From Eledone cirrhosa (lineage: Eukaryota), in the NCBI GenBank assembly GCA_964016885.1, contig OZ024742.1, forward strand, positions 58,404,001-58,468,000: DNA of 64,000 nucleotides, written 5' to 3'. Below are positions 1 to 12,980 of the stretch, in pieces (position 1 is the stretch's first letter; the number at the start of each line of letters is the position of its first letter). Position numbers and translations under genes: made by a program. The notes under the pieces are model-generated. The model made no database searches. It was not told where the DNA came from and saw only the letters and a list, made by a program, of their open reading frames with translations.

Positions 1-129
1 CTCCATAAATTATATCACTGATTTAAAATCAATCATCATTTTCTTACAAAAAAAATGTGTGAAACGCAGCAAGGCACTGGTAATTCGGTTAGTATATATA
101 TATATGTGAGTGTGTGTATATATATGTGT

Positions 130-1120
130 GTGTGTGTGTGCTCATTATGTAGGAGAGGTGTAGGTAGAAACTCCATCCTCTGCCCCATATGCAAACTATG
201 GGTACACAAGAGATGTAGTGGGATCTCAGGAAGTTTAGTTAAGAATGTAGGCTTTACATGTAGTAGTTGCACCAGGACAGTAAGCAGCAAACAATCACTG
301 AAAACAAGTGACATCAAAGTCTGGGAGGACTTGTAAAAACAATACCGAATTAGCAGCGGAGGGGGGTGTTCTGAAAGAATGGGATGGAAGAAGTTGAGGG
401 AGCTACTGCTACAGCTGGATACAAAAGGCTTTTCTCTCAGAATAAAAGGTAGACTGTATGATGTGTGCATATGAACGGAAATGTTGCATGGTAGTGAGAG
501 CTGGGCGCTGTGTGTAGAAGACTTGCGTAGATTAGAAAGGAATGAAGCTTGTATGCTCCAATGGATGTGTAATAGTAATATACGCGAACAGCAAAGCATA
601 AACAAACTGAAAGAGAAACTAGGCATAAGAGGAATCAAATGTTGTGTGCAGGAGAGGAGATTATGTTGGTATGGACATGTGATTCGCATGAAGGATGACA
701 GCTACATAAAGTCCCAGAAAGACTTGAGATGAAGTGATAAAAGCCGACCTTGCCCAATTGCACCTCTGAAAGGCAATGACACAGGACCAAGAGCTCTGGC
801 GTTATGAGGTAATACAGAAACCCCAACTTCCCACGGGCCCAGGCCAAAGCTGAAACATACATACAGTATGCACCACTCCATCCCACACACCAATATATCT
901 TTCATGAGAACAGGCCGAAACACTGTAAAGTGGTCGTGATGGTGACACGGTAAAAAACACCCAGTCCACACTGTAAAGTAGTCGTGGAGGAATCACAACA
1001 AAAATCACCCAGTACTCACTGTAAATGAGCTTGGCATTAGGAAGGGCATCCAGCTGTAGAAACCAAGCCAAAATCAGTTCTTTATGAGCAAGACATGGTC
1101 ACCTGACCTAACATTGCCAA
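130..1120 (+). mobile_element. Degenerate RTE LINE 3' fragment running into a SINE-like V-domain segment
   Basis: Broken ORFs CSLCRRGVGRNSILCPICKLWVHKRCSG and MLHGSESWAL...LERNEACMLQWMC are homologous to the RTE ORF at 42-44 kb; stops and frameshifts present. Confidence 0.85.
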
Positions 1121-1125
1121 CAATA

Positions 1126-1495
1126 GAAGGCACATGGCTCAGTGGTTAGAGCATTGGGCTTGCAATTGAAAGGTTGTGAGTTTAATTCTCGGACTGGGTG
1201 ATGTGTTGTTTCCTTGAGCAAGACACTTTATTTCACACTGCTCCAGTTTACTCAGTTGTAGAAATGAGATGATAGGACTGGGGTCCCTATCATTCCACTG
1301 CAAAGTGGTCGTGGAGGTGCCACGGCAAAAAAAACAAAACACCCAGCACTCACTGTAAATGAGGTTGGTGTTAGGAAGAGCATCCAGCCAGAATCAGTTC
1401 CCGTATGAGCAAGACAATGTCAGCCGACCGGACACTGCCCACAACAGGACAACCCATGCTAGCGTAGAAGAACTGACATAAAATGATGATGATGA
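1126..1495 (+). mobile_element. tRNA-derived SINE (family A: CORE-like plus V-like domains, RTE-type tail)
   Basis: A box TGGCTCAGTGG, B-box-like GAGTTTAATTC, CCTTGAGCAAGACACTT core, (ATG)n tail; near-identical copies elsewhere in the window. Confidence 0.88.
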
Positions 1496-1561
1496 AATAT
1501 AACAGAGTTTTATAGCTTGCTTGAAACATTGATGAATAGGAAACACAAATTTAAATTTTGA

Positions 1562-1900
1562 AAACCAAGTTGAGGGCCTTTGAACCCCAGGCTATTGCAA
1601 TAGCTGCTCCTGATTCTAGATGTGGAAGACGGGACCTTTGGTACCACACAGCGACGTCCTGTTCGAGAATTGGTCCAGCTCTCAATGCGAAAGTTTGGTC
1701 TTAGTCTCCCCAGGATTTTCCATATGTATATCATTGCATCTTTCTCCCATCTTCATTCCGAGGAGTAGAGTTTCAGTTCTTTTAGACTTTCCCAGTAGTT
1801 TATCTCCTTCATCGTGGCAACCTTCTTGGTGTAGGTTCATTGGATTGCTTCAAGCTCCATGGTTAGTTTGATACTATGGGGTGACCACAGCTGGGAGCAT
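1562..1900 (-). mobile_element. CR1/Jockey-like LINE 3' fragment
   Basis: ORF ...MIYIWKILG...RTGRRC...SLGFKGPQL resembles a LINE ORF2 C-terminus; a SINE abuts it at 1900. Confidence 0.65.
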
Positions 1901-2266
1901 TCATCATCATTTCATTTTACGTCCACTTTTTCCCTGCTTGCAAGGGTGGGACGGGAACTGATTCTGGCTTGATTTCTACAGCTGGATGCCCTTCCTAACA
2001 CCAACCTCATTTACACTGAGTGCTGGGTGCTTTTTTCCCATGGCACCTCCACATCCACTTTACAGTGTGGGCTGGGTGCTTTTTTGCCGTGGCACCTCCA
2101 CGACCACTTTGCAGTGGAATGATAGGGACCCCAGTCCTATCATCTCATTTCTACAGCTGAGTAAATTGGAGCAATGTGAAATAAAGTGTCCTGCTCAAGG
2201 AAACAACACATCACCCGGTGTGAGAATTGAACTCACAACCTTTCGATTGCAAGGCCAATGCTCTCA
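1901..2266 (-). mobile_element. SINE family A copy
   Basis: Reverse complement of the 18077 and 40463 copies, with a duplicated internal unit. Confidence 0.88.
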
Positions 2267-2383
2267 ATATGTATGTATATATATATATATATAAACTAAT
2301 ATACACACGCACACACATATATATATATATATATATACCCATGCAAGCGTGGAACACGGACGCTAAACCTGATGATGATGAAT

Positions 2384-2960
2384 TAGTAATAATAATACAT
2401 ATGAAGACTAAAATCCAAAGAGGGCTTGATAGGGATAAATATATATCAATTATATAAGAACCGTAGAGCAAATATTTATTAAAATAACAGATTAAAGTTT
2501 AAGCAAAGAATCGGCTGCTTTCACCCTTAATGGGATCTTCTGAAACTAAAAAAAAAAATCAATCTGTGAACGCAGAAGTAAATATTTCGAAAAACGTTGC
2601 AACCGAAGGAAGACAGGAAGGCGATACTTTGGTTCGTGGAGACGTAGTTTTAGGTATTTCTTCCTGCTTGGTACGGGTATGTTCTTTGTAGAAATATTCA
2701 GATGTTGTTTCTGCATGATGAATATAAGTCAATAGCGTACTCAATCAAGGGAGCCAAATAGTAATAATAATAAATTTGAAGACTAACATCCAAAGAAGGC
2801 TTGATAAGGATAAGTATATATCAAATATATAAGAACCGTAGAGCAAATATTTATTAAAATAACAGATTAAAGTTTAAGCAAAAAATCGGCTGCTTTCACC
2901 CTTAATGGGATCTTCTGAAACTAAAAAAAATCAATCTGTGAACGCAGAAGTAAATATTTC
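2384..2960. repeat. Two ~205-bp direct repeats (2384-2588, 2760-2960) separated by ~170 bp
   Basis: AGTAATAATAAT...GAAGACTAA...GAACCGTAGAGCAAATATTT...GAACGCAGAAGTAAATATTTC occurs twice. Confidence 0.85.
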
Positions 2961-3064
2961 TAAGCCGACCTTTCCCAATTGCACCTCTCAAGGGCAATGA
3001 CACATGACCATAACCTCTGACGTCACACAGTAATACAGAAGACCCGACTTTCCACAGGAACATA

Positions 3065-5760
3065 TAGACAATATTTGTTTTCCTTTGTTTTTTTATGTCC
3101 TATCAACTAATCTGACCTCCAAAATGCTTGCAATTCACTATTTTTTTAGCATATTAACAACAAATATGATTTCCACTGCAATTAAAAATGACTAGCTTTG
3201 TGAATGGTTTTTCCACCCACTTTCTGCCTTCATTTTGCTACAAAGCTAATCATTGACGATAGGTTTCAAAGTTATATTCATTCATAATATGTGAAAAAAA
3301 TAGTCAACTGCGAGCATTGGTGTGATGTAAATGATAGGAGTAGGTGTTCTGTAATAAATTTACCATATGGTGAAGTATATGGTGTGGTTTGGGGTAGATT
3401 AATGTGCTGTGGTGTGCTTTGTTATAAGTGAGGATTTAAATTTCCACTTTGATTTATGTTACAAAAAAAATTTTTCCTTCATTTTTGCATGTGCTATCAA
3501 CTTCCAAGAAGCTCGCAGCGGACTATGCTTTTAGCATATTAACAAAAAATATGACTTCTGCTGCAATAAAAAATGGCTAGCTCTGTAAATGGTATTTCAA
3601 CCCACATCCTCCCTCTTTTTTCTACAAAGCTAGTCATTTTCATCAGGTTTCCATGTCATAACCATTGATAATATGTGCATAAAATAGTAATATGCAAGCA
3701 CCTTTAAATGTCAAATTGGGTGGAAAGCACAAAAAAAAAAAAAAAAAAAATCCAAGATGAAAATTTGTCACACCAAAATCAATATCTTGGTGTGATGTAG
3801 TATGGTGTGGTTTGGTGAAGTTTCTACAAAGATAGTCATTTTCGACAGGTTTCCATGTCATATACATTGATAAGTGGAAAAAAAAAAATTAAATTGGGAG
3901 CACCTTTAATGTCAGATTGGGTGGTAAGCACACACACACACACAGAAAAAAAAAAAACGAAACAGGAAAAAAATGTTTCACACCAAGATCAATAGCTTGG
4001 TGCGATGTAGTATGGTGTAACTTGGTATGGTGTGGTTTGGTTTGGTGAAGTTATGAAATGGAAACCAATTCTAAACGATAGATTCCCATGTCATATTCAT
4101 TGATAATGTTGGAAAATAGTCATTTGCAAGCACCTTTGATGTTAGTTTGGGTGGTAACCACAAAAAAAAAATAAAAGCAGGTAGCAAATTTGTCACATTG
4201 ATGTCCATACCATGGTGTGATGTAAATGATAGGAGTGGGTGTTCTGTAATAAATTTACCATAATATGGTGCTGTTTGATATGGTGTGGTTTGGGGTAGAT
4301 TAATGTGGTGTGGTGTGCTTTGTTATAAGTAAGGAATTAAATTTCCACTTTGATTTATGTAAGAAAAAAATTTTTTTGTTCACTTTTGCATGTGCTATCA
4401 ACTAATACAACTTCCAAGATGCCCGCAGTGGACTATGCTTTTAGCATATTAACAAAAAATATGACTTCCGCTGCAATAAAAAATGACTAGCTTTGTAAAT
4501 GGTATTTCCACCCACATCCTCCCTTTTTTTTCTACAAAGCTAGTCATTTTCGACAGTTTTCCATGTCATAATTATTGATAATATGTGCGAAAAATAGTCA
4601 ATTGCAGCACCTTTGATGTCAGATTGGGTGGTAAGAACACACAAAAAAAAAAAAAGAAACAGGAAGAAAATTTTAAACACTGAGATCAAAAGCATGATGT
4701 GATGTAGAATGGTGTAGTTTGTTATAGTGTGGTTTGGATTGTTGTAGTTATGACATGGGAACCTATTGCAAATGATAGGTTTCCATGTTATATACATTGA
4801 TAATGTGTAAAAAAATAGTCATTTGTGAGCACCTTTGATGTCAGATTGGGTGGTAAGCACACACACACACAGAAAAAAAAAAGGAAACGGGAAAAAAATG
4901 TTTCACACCAAGATCAATAGCTTGGTGCGATGTAGTATGGTGTAACTTGGTATGGTGTGGTTTGGTTTGGTGAAGTTATGAAATGGAAACCAATTCTAAA
5001 CGATAGATTCCCATGTCATATTCATTGATAATATTGGAAAATAGTCATTTGCAAGCACCTTTGATGTTAGTTTGGGTGGTAACCACAAAAAAATAAAAAA
5101 GCAGGTAGCAAATTTGTCACATTGATGTCCATACCATGGTGTGATGTAAATGATAGGAGTGGGTATTCTGTAATAAATTTACCATAATATGGTGTTGTTT
5201 GATATGGTGTGGTTTGGGGTAGATTAATGTGGTGTGGTGTGCTTTGTTATAAGTAAGGAATTAAATTTCCACATTGATTTATGTAAGAAAAAAATTTTTT
5301 CCTTCACTTTTGCATGGGCTATCAACTAATACAACTTCCAAGATGCTCGCAGTGGACTATGCTTTTAGCATATTAACAACAAATATGACTTTCACTGCAA
5401 TCAAAAATGACAAGCTTTGTGAATGGTATTTCCACCCACTTTCCGCCCTCCTTTTTCTACAAAGCTAGTCATTTTCAACAGGTTTCAAAGTCTTCATTGA
5501 TAATATGTGCAAAAAATAGTTAATTGCGAACACTTTTAATGTCAGATTGAGTGGTAAGCACACACACAAAAAAAGCAGGAAGAAAATTTTCACACTGAGT
5601 TCAATAGCATGGTGTGATGTAGTATGGTGTAGTTTGTTATGGTGTGGTTTGGTTTGGTGTAGTTATAACATGGAAACCTATCATAAATTTACCAAGGTAT
5701 GGTATAATCTGGTTTGGTGTAGTGTAGGTTAGTGTGGTGTGGTGTGTTATTGTGTTGCAT
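3065..5760. repeat. Complex repeat of foldback-family modules with a ~0.93-kb tandem duplication
   Basis: Recurrent TATCAACTAATCTGACC and GTCAGATTGGGTGGTAAGCAC modules plus (TGTGG)n; about 3830-4750 is nearly identical to about 4770-5680. Confidence 0.8.
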
Positions 5761-5864
5761 CGTATAGCGTGATTCTCTTTAAATTAAAATCATTAAAATG
5801 TAATGCCTATCTTCTATATCTTAAAGAGTGACCTTAAATGTGATTGCAATCGACTTTTTTCTCT

Positions 5865-8800
5865 GGATTAATGTTAGATTTAGAGTTAGTGTTAGGGTAA
5901 GTTTATTGTTAGTGACTGTGTTACTGTTAGCATTACTGTCACTGTTAGTGTTACTGTAACTGTTACTCTTAGTTACTGTTTGCGTTACTGTCTGCATCAG
6001 CATTAGCATTTGCATAAGCGTCTATGTAAGCTTTTGTGTTAGTGTCTATGTAGACTGGTGTTAGCATCTGCGTTAGTGTTTGGATTAGCCTTAGTGTTTG
6101 CGTAAGTGTCAGCATCTATGTCAGCATTTGCGTCAGCGTCTGCATTGGTGATAGTGATTGTGTCAGCATTTCCCTTAGTGTCTGAGTCAACATTAGTGTT
6201 AGCATTAGTGTTTGTTTCAGTGCCTGCGTCTACGTCAGCTTCTGAGTCAGCATTATCATTAGCATCCGCGTCAGCACTTGTGTCAGTGTCAGCATTTCCC
6301 TCAGTGTCAGCGTTTGCATTAGTGTTTGAGTCAGTGTTAGCGTCAGCATTTGCATTTGTGTAGGGGTTAGCATTTGCTTCAGCATCTGCATCAGCATTCA
6401 CATTAGCATTAGCGTTTGCGACAGCGTTTCCTTTAATGTCTTTGTCAGTGTTTCCGTTAGCATCTACGTCAGCGTTTCCGACCGCGTCTGTGTCAGCATC
6501 AGTATTTACATCTACATCAGCGTCAGCGTTTCAGTTAATGTCAGCGTTTACGTTAGCGTCTGTGTCAGCATTTACGTTAGCTTCTACGTCAGCGTTTCCG
6601 TAACGTCTGCGTCAGCGTTTTCCGTTAGCATTAGCGTTTCCATTAACCTTTCCTGTGGCGTCCGCATCATTGCAGCGTCTGCATATCCCATGTAAGCGTT
6701 AACTTCAGCATTTGCGTCAGCCCTAGTGTCCGCATCAGCATTTGCGTTAGCGTCAGCATACACGTCAGCGCCGGCAAAACTGCCTCAACATTTGCGTCAG
6801 CGTTAGCTTGGCTTTGGCTTTAGCAATCCGCATCAGCAATTGCGTTTTGGAGATCAGCTTCGGCGGTAAGGGTAAACGCTAACTTCTACGCCTGCTTCTA
6901 CATAACAACTACGTCAGCGTTTTGTTAGCTTCTACGTCAGCGTCTACGTTAACATCTATGTCATCGTTTACGTTAGCTTCTACATCAGCATCTACATTTA
7001 CGTCAGCGCTTACATTAGTGTCTGTGTCAGCGTTTGTGTTAGCTTCTATGTCAGCGTCTGTGTCAGTGTCTGTATTTATATCTACATCAGGGTCAGCGTT
7101 TACATTTGCATTTGTGTCAGCGTTTATATTAGCTTCTACGTCATCGTTTACATTAGCGTATGCGTCATCGTTTACGTTAGCGTCTGTGTCAACGTGTGTT
7201 AGCATCTGTGTCAGCATTTATGTTAGCGTCTGCGTCAGTGTTTATATTAGCATCTGCGTCAGTGTTTACGTTAGCATCTGTGTTAACGTGTGTTAGCGTT
7301 TGTGTCAGTGTCTGCGTCAGCATTTTCATTAGTGTTTGCATCAGTGTTTCCTTTAGCTTCTACGTCAATGTTTACGTCTGTGTTAAGGTTCACATTAACA
7401 TCGCTGTCATCATTTGCGTTTGCTTTAACATCTGCATCAACATTTGCGTCTGTGTTTGCATTAGTGTCTGCATTTGCTTTAGTGTTTGCATCAGCGTGAA
7501 CATTTGTGTCAGTGTCCACGTCAGCGTTAGAGTCTGTGTAGCATTTACATCAGCGTGTGCGTCAGAGTCTTTGTCAGCATTCGCCTTTGCACCTGCATCA
7601 GTATTCACGTTAGTGTTTGTGTCAGCGTAAGCGATTGTGTCAACATTTGCGCTAGCGTTTGTGCCAGCATAGCCATCTCCGTCAGTGTCAGCGTTGGCGT
7701 TAGTGTTAGTGTTTCCATTAGGGTTCGTGTTAGTGTTTGATTTTGTATTAGTGTTAGCATTTTTGTTAGTGTTCAGGTTAGTGTTAGTGTTTGTGTTCAG
7801 GTTAATGTTAGCTTAGTTTTCAGGTTAGTGTTAGTGTTCAAGTTAATGTTAGTTTTAGTGTTAGAGACTGTGTTAGTGTTTGTTTTTGTGTTAGTGCTCA
7901 GGTTAGTGGTTTATGGTAGTGTTAGTTTTAGTGGTAGTGTTAGTGTTCAGGTTAATGTTCGTGTTAATGTCAGTTTTAGTGTTAGTGTTAGTGTTTACGG
8001 TAGTGTTAGTGTTATTTTTTCCATTAGTGTTAGTGTTTCCATTAGTGTTAGTGCTAGTTTTTGTTTTTCTGTTAATGTTAGTGTTTGTTTTAGTGTTGAG
8101 GTTAATGTTAGCTTAGTTTTCTGGTTAGTATCAGTTTTAGTGTTAGTGTTTTTTTAGTGTTAGTGCTCAGATCAGTGTTTGTGTTACTGTTTATGGTAGT
8201 GTTAGTTTTAGTGCTAGTGTTTAGGTTCATGTTAGTTTTAGTGTAAATGTTAGTTTTAGTGTTAAGGTTAGTGTTAAAGATTGTGTTAGTGTTTCTTTTT
8301 GTGTTAATATTTGTGTTAGAATCTCTGTTAGCATTAGTGATTGATGTTTCCATTAGTGTTAGTGATTGTGTTAGCGTTAGTCTTTGTTTTTGTATTAATG
8401 TTAGCATTAGTATTTCTGTTAGTGTTAGCATGAGTGTTTGTTAATGTTAGCTTAGTTTTCAGGTTAGTGTTAGTGTTCAAGTTAATGTTAGTTTTAGTGT
8501 TAGAGATTGTGTTAGTGTTTGTTTTTGTGTTAGTGTTAGTTTTAGTGTAAGTGTTCAGGTTAATGTTAGTGTTAGTTTTAGTGTTAAGGTTAGTGTTAGT
8601 ATTTGTTTTTGTGTTAATATTTGTGTCAGTATCTCTGTTAGCATTAGTGTTTGATGTTTCCATTAGTGTTAGTGATTGTGTTAGCGTTAGTCTTTGTTTT
8701 TGTGTTAATATTTGTGTTAATGTTAGCATTAGTATTTCTGTTAGTGTTATAGCGAAGATACTGGGTTGTATGAATGTAACAAAACGAGACATGGTTTGTG

Positions 8801-11295
8801 TGTATAATATTTAATTAACAATCATGGATATATATAGAACAGTATAGTTGACATGTCAAAGTAATAGATGATAGAATGAAGCAAAGTTAGTAGTTACCGT
8901 TTTGATTGCCAGGCAAACGCGAGACGCCTGGCCAAGGCCAGGCGCCGGAAGGGCAAATGAGAGGGAGAGAGCCGAAGGCTATTCGTTTTATAGGGCTCTG
9001 CTGGAAGTTACAGAAAGGGTTCTACTTCCCGTCTAGATGTTAATCTATTGGGGTTGTGAGTCACAACAAGGGAGGCAACCGCTACATAACCTCTCGCCAG
9101 AATTTTAGAATATAAAAATCGCATGAAATATGTAGCAAGTTGGCGAGAATGTTGTAACAGGCATGAAAATTACGACAAAAGAATGTTTGCAAAAATCAAT
9201 GATAGATATCAAGGTAGCCAACTGCTTTTGGCCAGAGAACGACTGGACATCTATCTATCCATCACCCAAAGATACAATGTAATAAACTAAGAGAAGAGCT
9301 CAAAGTTCAAATGTACAAAATATAGTTCACAGGTGTGCAATCACATGACAGCAGGAAAGAAAGTGTGTTCCAGAGAATGAATGCAGGTGGTTTCTGTTCT
9401 GTGGTATATCGTGAAATTTCCAACCTCCGAATGGATTTTCTCACAGGAAGAGTGCTGCAAAAATAAATTCTCTGGCTTGTTCTGCTGGTTTTGGTTGTTG
9501 GTGAAGCTGTGTTGCTGTGGATGTTGTCTCGCGGAGTGAGCGTATTCGGTGTTTAAATTCACAGTAAAAAAAAAAAAATTTTTTTCAGAAAAATTGAGTT
9601 GTGCAATGTGCTAGAAATAGCAGCCGAAGTTGATGGTCGATGTTGAGAATGCGTTGACCTGGAAGGGTCAAGAGGCCAGCGACCAAAGAAATAAGCATTC
9701 TGAATAAATGCGCAGTTTTCAACGGCAAATTTACGTGGTAAATTTTTAAACCGGCAAATAGGAGAATATAGCTTAAGGCTGAAGAATCCTTGGGGAGAAA
9801 CGTTATCTCTGGCGTGCGGCTCTCTCTGTGAGTCGAGAATTTGTGCTGCCTACACGTGCCAATACAAGGATAAGTTAGGTTGAAAAAATAATATTTCTAA
9901 CGCGCGAGAAAATGATAGTGCAAGTGTGAAAGTGACAACGATGAAAAAGAAAGGCTTCACTCGGCATAATTATTGGTGTGAACTTTGGAGAAAAAAAAAC
10001 TTGAACGATGAAGAAAACGATGAAGAAAAAGGCAATGGTTCATCGAAAATAAATGTTCCTGTTGAAATGTTTTTTAAAAAAAATATCAAATTTCTTTTTT
10101 TTTTTTTTGTTGTTTTGAAAGTGTTTGTTGTAAGAAACGAGAAACATATATATATATCGTGAAATGCGACAGTTAGTTGATGCGTGAGAGAAAAAGTCTG
10201 TCTGTGCGAAAATTTCACATGTGCATGTGTCCGTTTCTTTGACTGAGTATTTTCATAGTTTGTCAATAAATTTGCTGTGTATTCGTAATGTTACTCACAC
10301 AACTCCAGAATCTGCTATTTTTTTCTTTTTTCGGGGTGACCACTTATAGCGATGAACGGCTGCGTGTTCGTATCACGTCAGGGTTACCAATATAGCGAAG
10401 ATACTGGGTTGTATGAATGTAACAAAACGAGACATGGTTTGTGTGTATAATATTTAATTAACAATCATGGATATATATAGAACAGTATAGTTGACATGTC
10501 AAAGTAATAGATGATAGAATGAAGCAAAGTTAGTAGTTACCGTTTTGATTGCCAGGCAAATGCGAGACGCCTGGCGAAGGCCAGGCGCCGGAAGGGCAAA
10601 TGAGAGGGAGAGAGCCGAAGGCTATTCGTTTTATAGGGCTCTGCCGGAAGTTACAGAAAGGGTTCTACTTCCCGTCTAGATGTTAATCTATTGGGGTTGT
10701 GAGTCACAACAAGGGAGACAACCGCTACAGTGTTAGCATTAGTGTTTATGTTAGTGTTCAGGTTAATGTTAGTTTTAGTGTTAAGGTTAGTGTTAGAGAT
10801 TGTGTTAGTGTTTGTTTTTGTGTTAATATTTGTGTTAGTATCTGTTAGCGTTAGTGTTTGTTTTAGTGTTGAAGTTAATGTTAGCTTAGTTTTCTGGTTA
10901 GTATCAGTTTTCAGATTAGTGTTTGTGTTAGTGTTACTTTTAGTGTTAGTGATCAGGTCAGTGTTAGTGTTTATGGTAGTGTTAGTTTTAGTGCTAGTGT
11001 TCAGGCTAATGTTTGTGCTAATGTTAGTTTTAGTGTAAGTGTTCAGGTTAGTGTTAGTGTTTGTATTACTGTTTACGGTAGTGTTAGTTTTAGTGCTGGT
11101 GTTCAGGTTAGTGTTAGTGTCAGTTTAAGTATTAGTGTTCAGGTTAGTGTTTGTTTTCTATTTAATGTTAGTTTACAGATTTTGTGTTTGTGTTAGTTTT
11201 CATGTTAGCGCTAAGTTCACTGTTAGAGCATGTGTGAGTGCAAGTGTTAGGGTAAGTATTATTTTTAAAGTTCGGTTTTAGCTTAAAGTTAGGTT
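5865..11295. repeat. Degenerate hexamer-period array (GTTAGT, GCGTCA), interrupted by an LTR element
   Basis: 6-bp periodicity throughout, a GC-richer central block at about 6000-7700, and a ~340-bp higher-order duplication at 8100-8747. Confidence 0.9.
8748..10729 (-). mobile_element. Non-autonomous LTR retroelement (Gypsy-like, TRIM/LARD type), 1982 bp
   Basis: Two 339-bp LTRs (8748-9086, 10391-10729; 4 differences seen) with termini TGTAGCG...CGCTATA on the minus strand; 4-bp TSD GTGT; tRNA-Trp PBS at 10358-10389; purine-rich PPT-like GGCGAGAGGTTA before the 3' LTR; TATAAAA in the LTR; no pol ORF. Confidence 0.93.
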
Positions 11296-11619
11296 TTCTA
11301 CTTTCCAGGAAAAAAGTTGATCCTCTCTAACTTGAGTGGTGTGATATAGTGTGGTAAAGTATAGTGTTTCATAGTCTTGTGTGGTGTTGTCTATTGTTGT
11401 ATAGTGTAGTATGGTATATTGTTTCATAGCATGGTCTGATGTGAGGTCGTACAGTGTTTCGTAGTGTGGTGTTGGATAATGTGGTATGGTATAATGTTTG
11501 TCAGTGTGGTGTGGTATGGTATAGGTTGATGTAGTGTGGCTTAGTTTGATTATAATAATACAAATAATAATAACAATAATAATAGTAATAATAATTGTTC
11601 TTCTTCATTTTCTTTGTCT

Positions 11620-11780
11620 TCTTCTGTGCCTTTGTTTTCTTCTGTGCCTTTGACTGCTTCTGTGCCTTTGACTGCTTCTGTGCCTTTGACTGCTTCTGTG
11701 CCTTTGATTGCTTCTGTGCCTTTGACTGCTTCTGTGCCTTTGACTTCTTCTGTGCCTTTGACTTCTTCTGTGCCTTTATC
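11620..11780. repeat. 18-bp tandem repeat TTCTGTGCCTTTGACTGC, about 9 copies
   Basis: Directly visible; gives the KAQKQS and KGTEAV repeat ORFs. Confidence 0.93.
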
Positions 11781-12669
11781 TTCTCCTCTGCCATCTAAAT
11801 ACCAAAAACAAAGAATGTAAAACATATATGTTGCCTATCTCTCAGACTTTAGAAAGTGCTGAGGAGATAAAGTTAATTTAAAGAGCAGTGTGCTCATGCA
11901 CTGTGATCCTATAATGTAGCTTATAAGCTATTTCATAACTAAAAAACAATGTCAAACATCAACAAAAGTATAAACAAATATATTTGAATGTTTAAGTTAA
12001 ACCTAAATAGATCGTATCTACAAGTCATTAGGTTAAGACTGAACTAAGATCATATCTATAAATCATTATTTTAGACTGAACTGAGATCATACTTTCTTCT
12101 TCTTTTCGTCATCTTCGTTTCCCGTGTCTTCTTTGTCTTTGTTGTCATTTTCATTTTAGTCGTCTGCTTCGTCGTCTTTTTCTTCTTTTCCATCTAAATA
12201 TAAAAAAAATTGTAAACAAATATATAGCTGATCTCTCAGACTTTCACGAAACACCGAGGAGATACAGTTAATATAACGAGTGGGGAGCTCATATATATAT
12301 ATATATATGGTATAGCATGGTGTTATGTGGTCTGGTGTGGTACAACATGGTGTGATGTGGTGTGGTATGATATGGTGAGGTGGGGGGGGGGACACAACGT
12401 TAGATTAATGTTAACAATACACATATAGCATCCACATGTGACGAGAAGGGGGAAACAGTGTTTAACTAATTTTAACATTACATGTAGCATCCATCTACAG
12501 GTGATTAAGTTAAGACTGAGGTGTAATCATATGAAAAGGTCAATTTAAAACTACACTGAGATTCTGCTTAAAATGATGGTCAATGAAGTGTTTACTTACT
12601 CAGATCCTTTGAAATAACTTTCTTTCTCTTACTGTAACTGGACATACCTACGAAATAGAAAACAGTCGA

Positions 12670-12980
12670 ATAGACAGTGGTGTGGTGTAGTGTAGTGGAG
12701 TGTGGTTTAGTGTAGTGGACAGTGGTGTGGTGTAGTGTAGTGGAGTGTGGTTTAGGGTAGTGGACAGTGGTGTGGTGTAGTGGAGTGTGGTGGAGTGGAG
12801 TGTAGTTCAATGTAGGGTGGGGGATATGGTGTAGTGGAGTGTGGTGGGATGTAGTGTGGTAGCATGTGGTGTGATGGCATGTGATGAGATGTGGCGTGGT
12901 GTGGTGAAATGTGATGTGATATGGTGAAATGTGGCGTGGCATGGTGAGATGAGATGTGATGTGGTGTGATGTGATGTGAA
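12670..12980. repeat. (GTGTG/GTGTA/GTGGA)n pentamer microsatellite
   Basis: Degenerate 5-bp periodicity; similar tracts at 11335-11540, 12310-12380 and 14040-14205. Confidence 0.85.

Noticed and set aside
6600-6910. Local breakdown of hexamer periodicity as an insertion
   Set aside because: It still resembles the array with many small indels; likely decay or low-quality sequence.
5821-8814. Asp/Ala/Asn/Thr-rich ORFs (NADADAEANAN..) resembling acidic shell or antifreeze proteins, and Val/Leu-rich ORFs
   Set aside because: They are by-products of the 6-bp periodic array, open in several frames on both strands, with frequent frameshifts and no splice structure.
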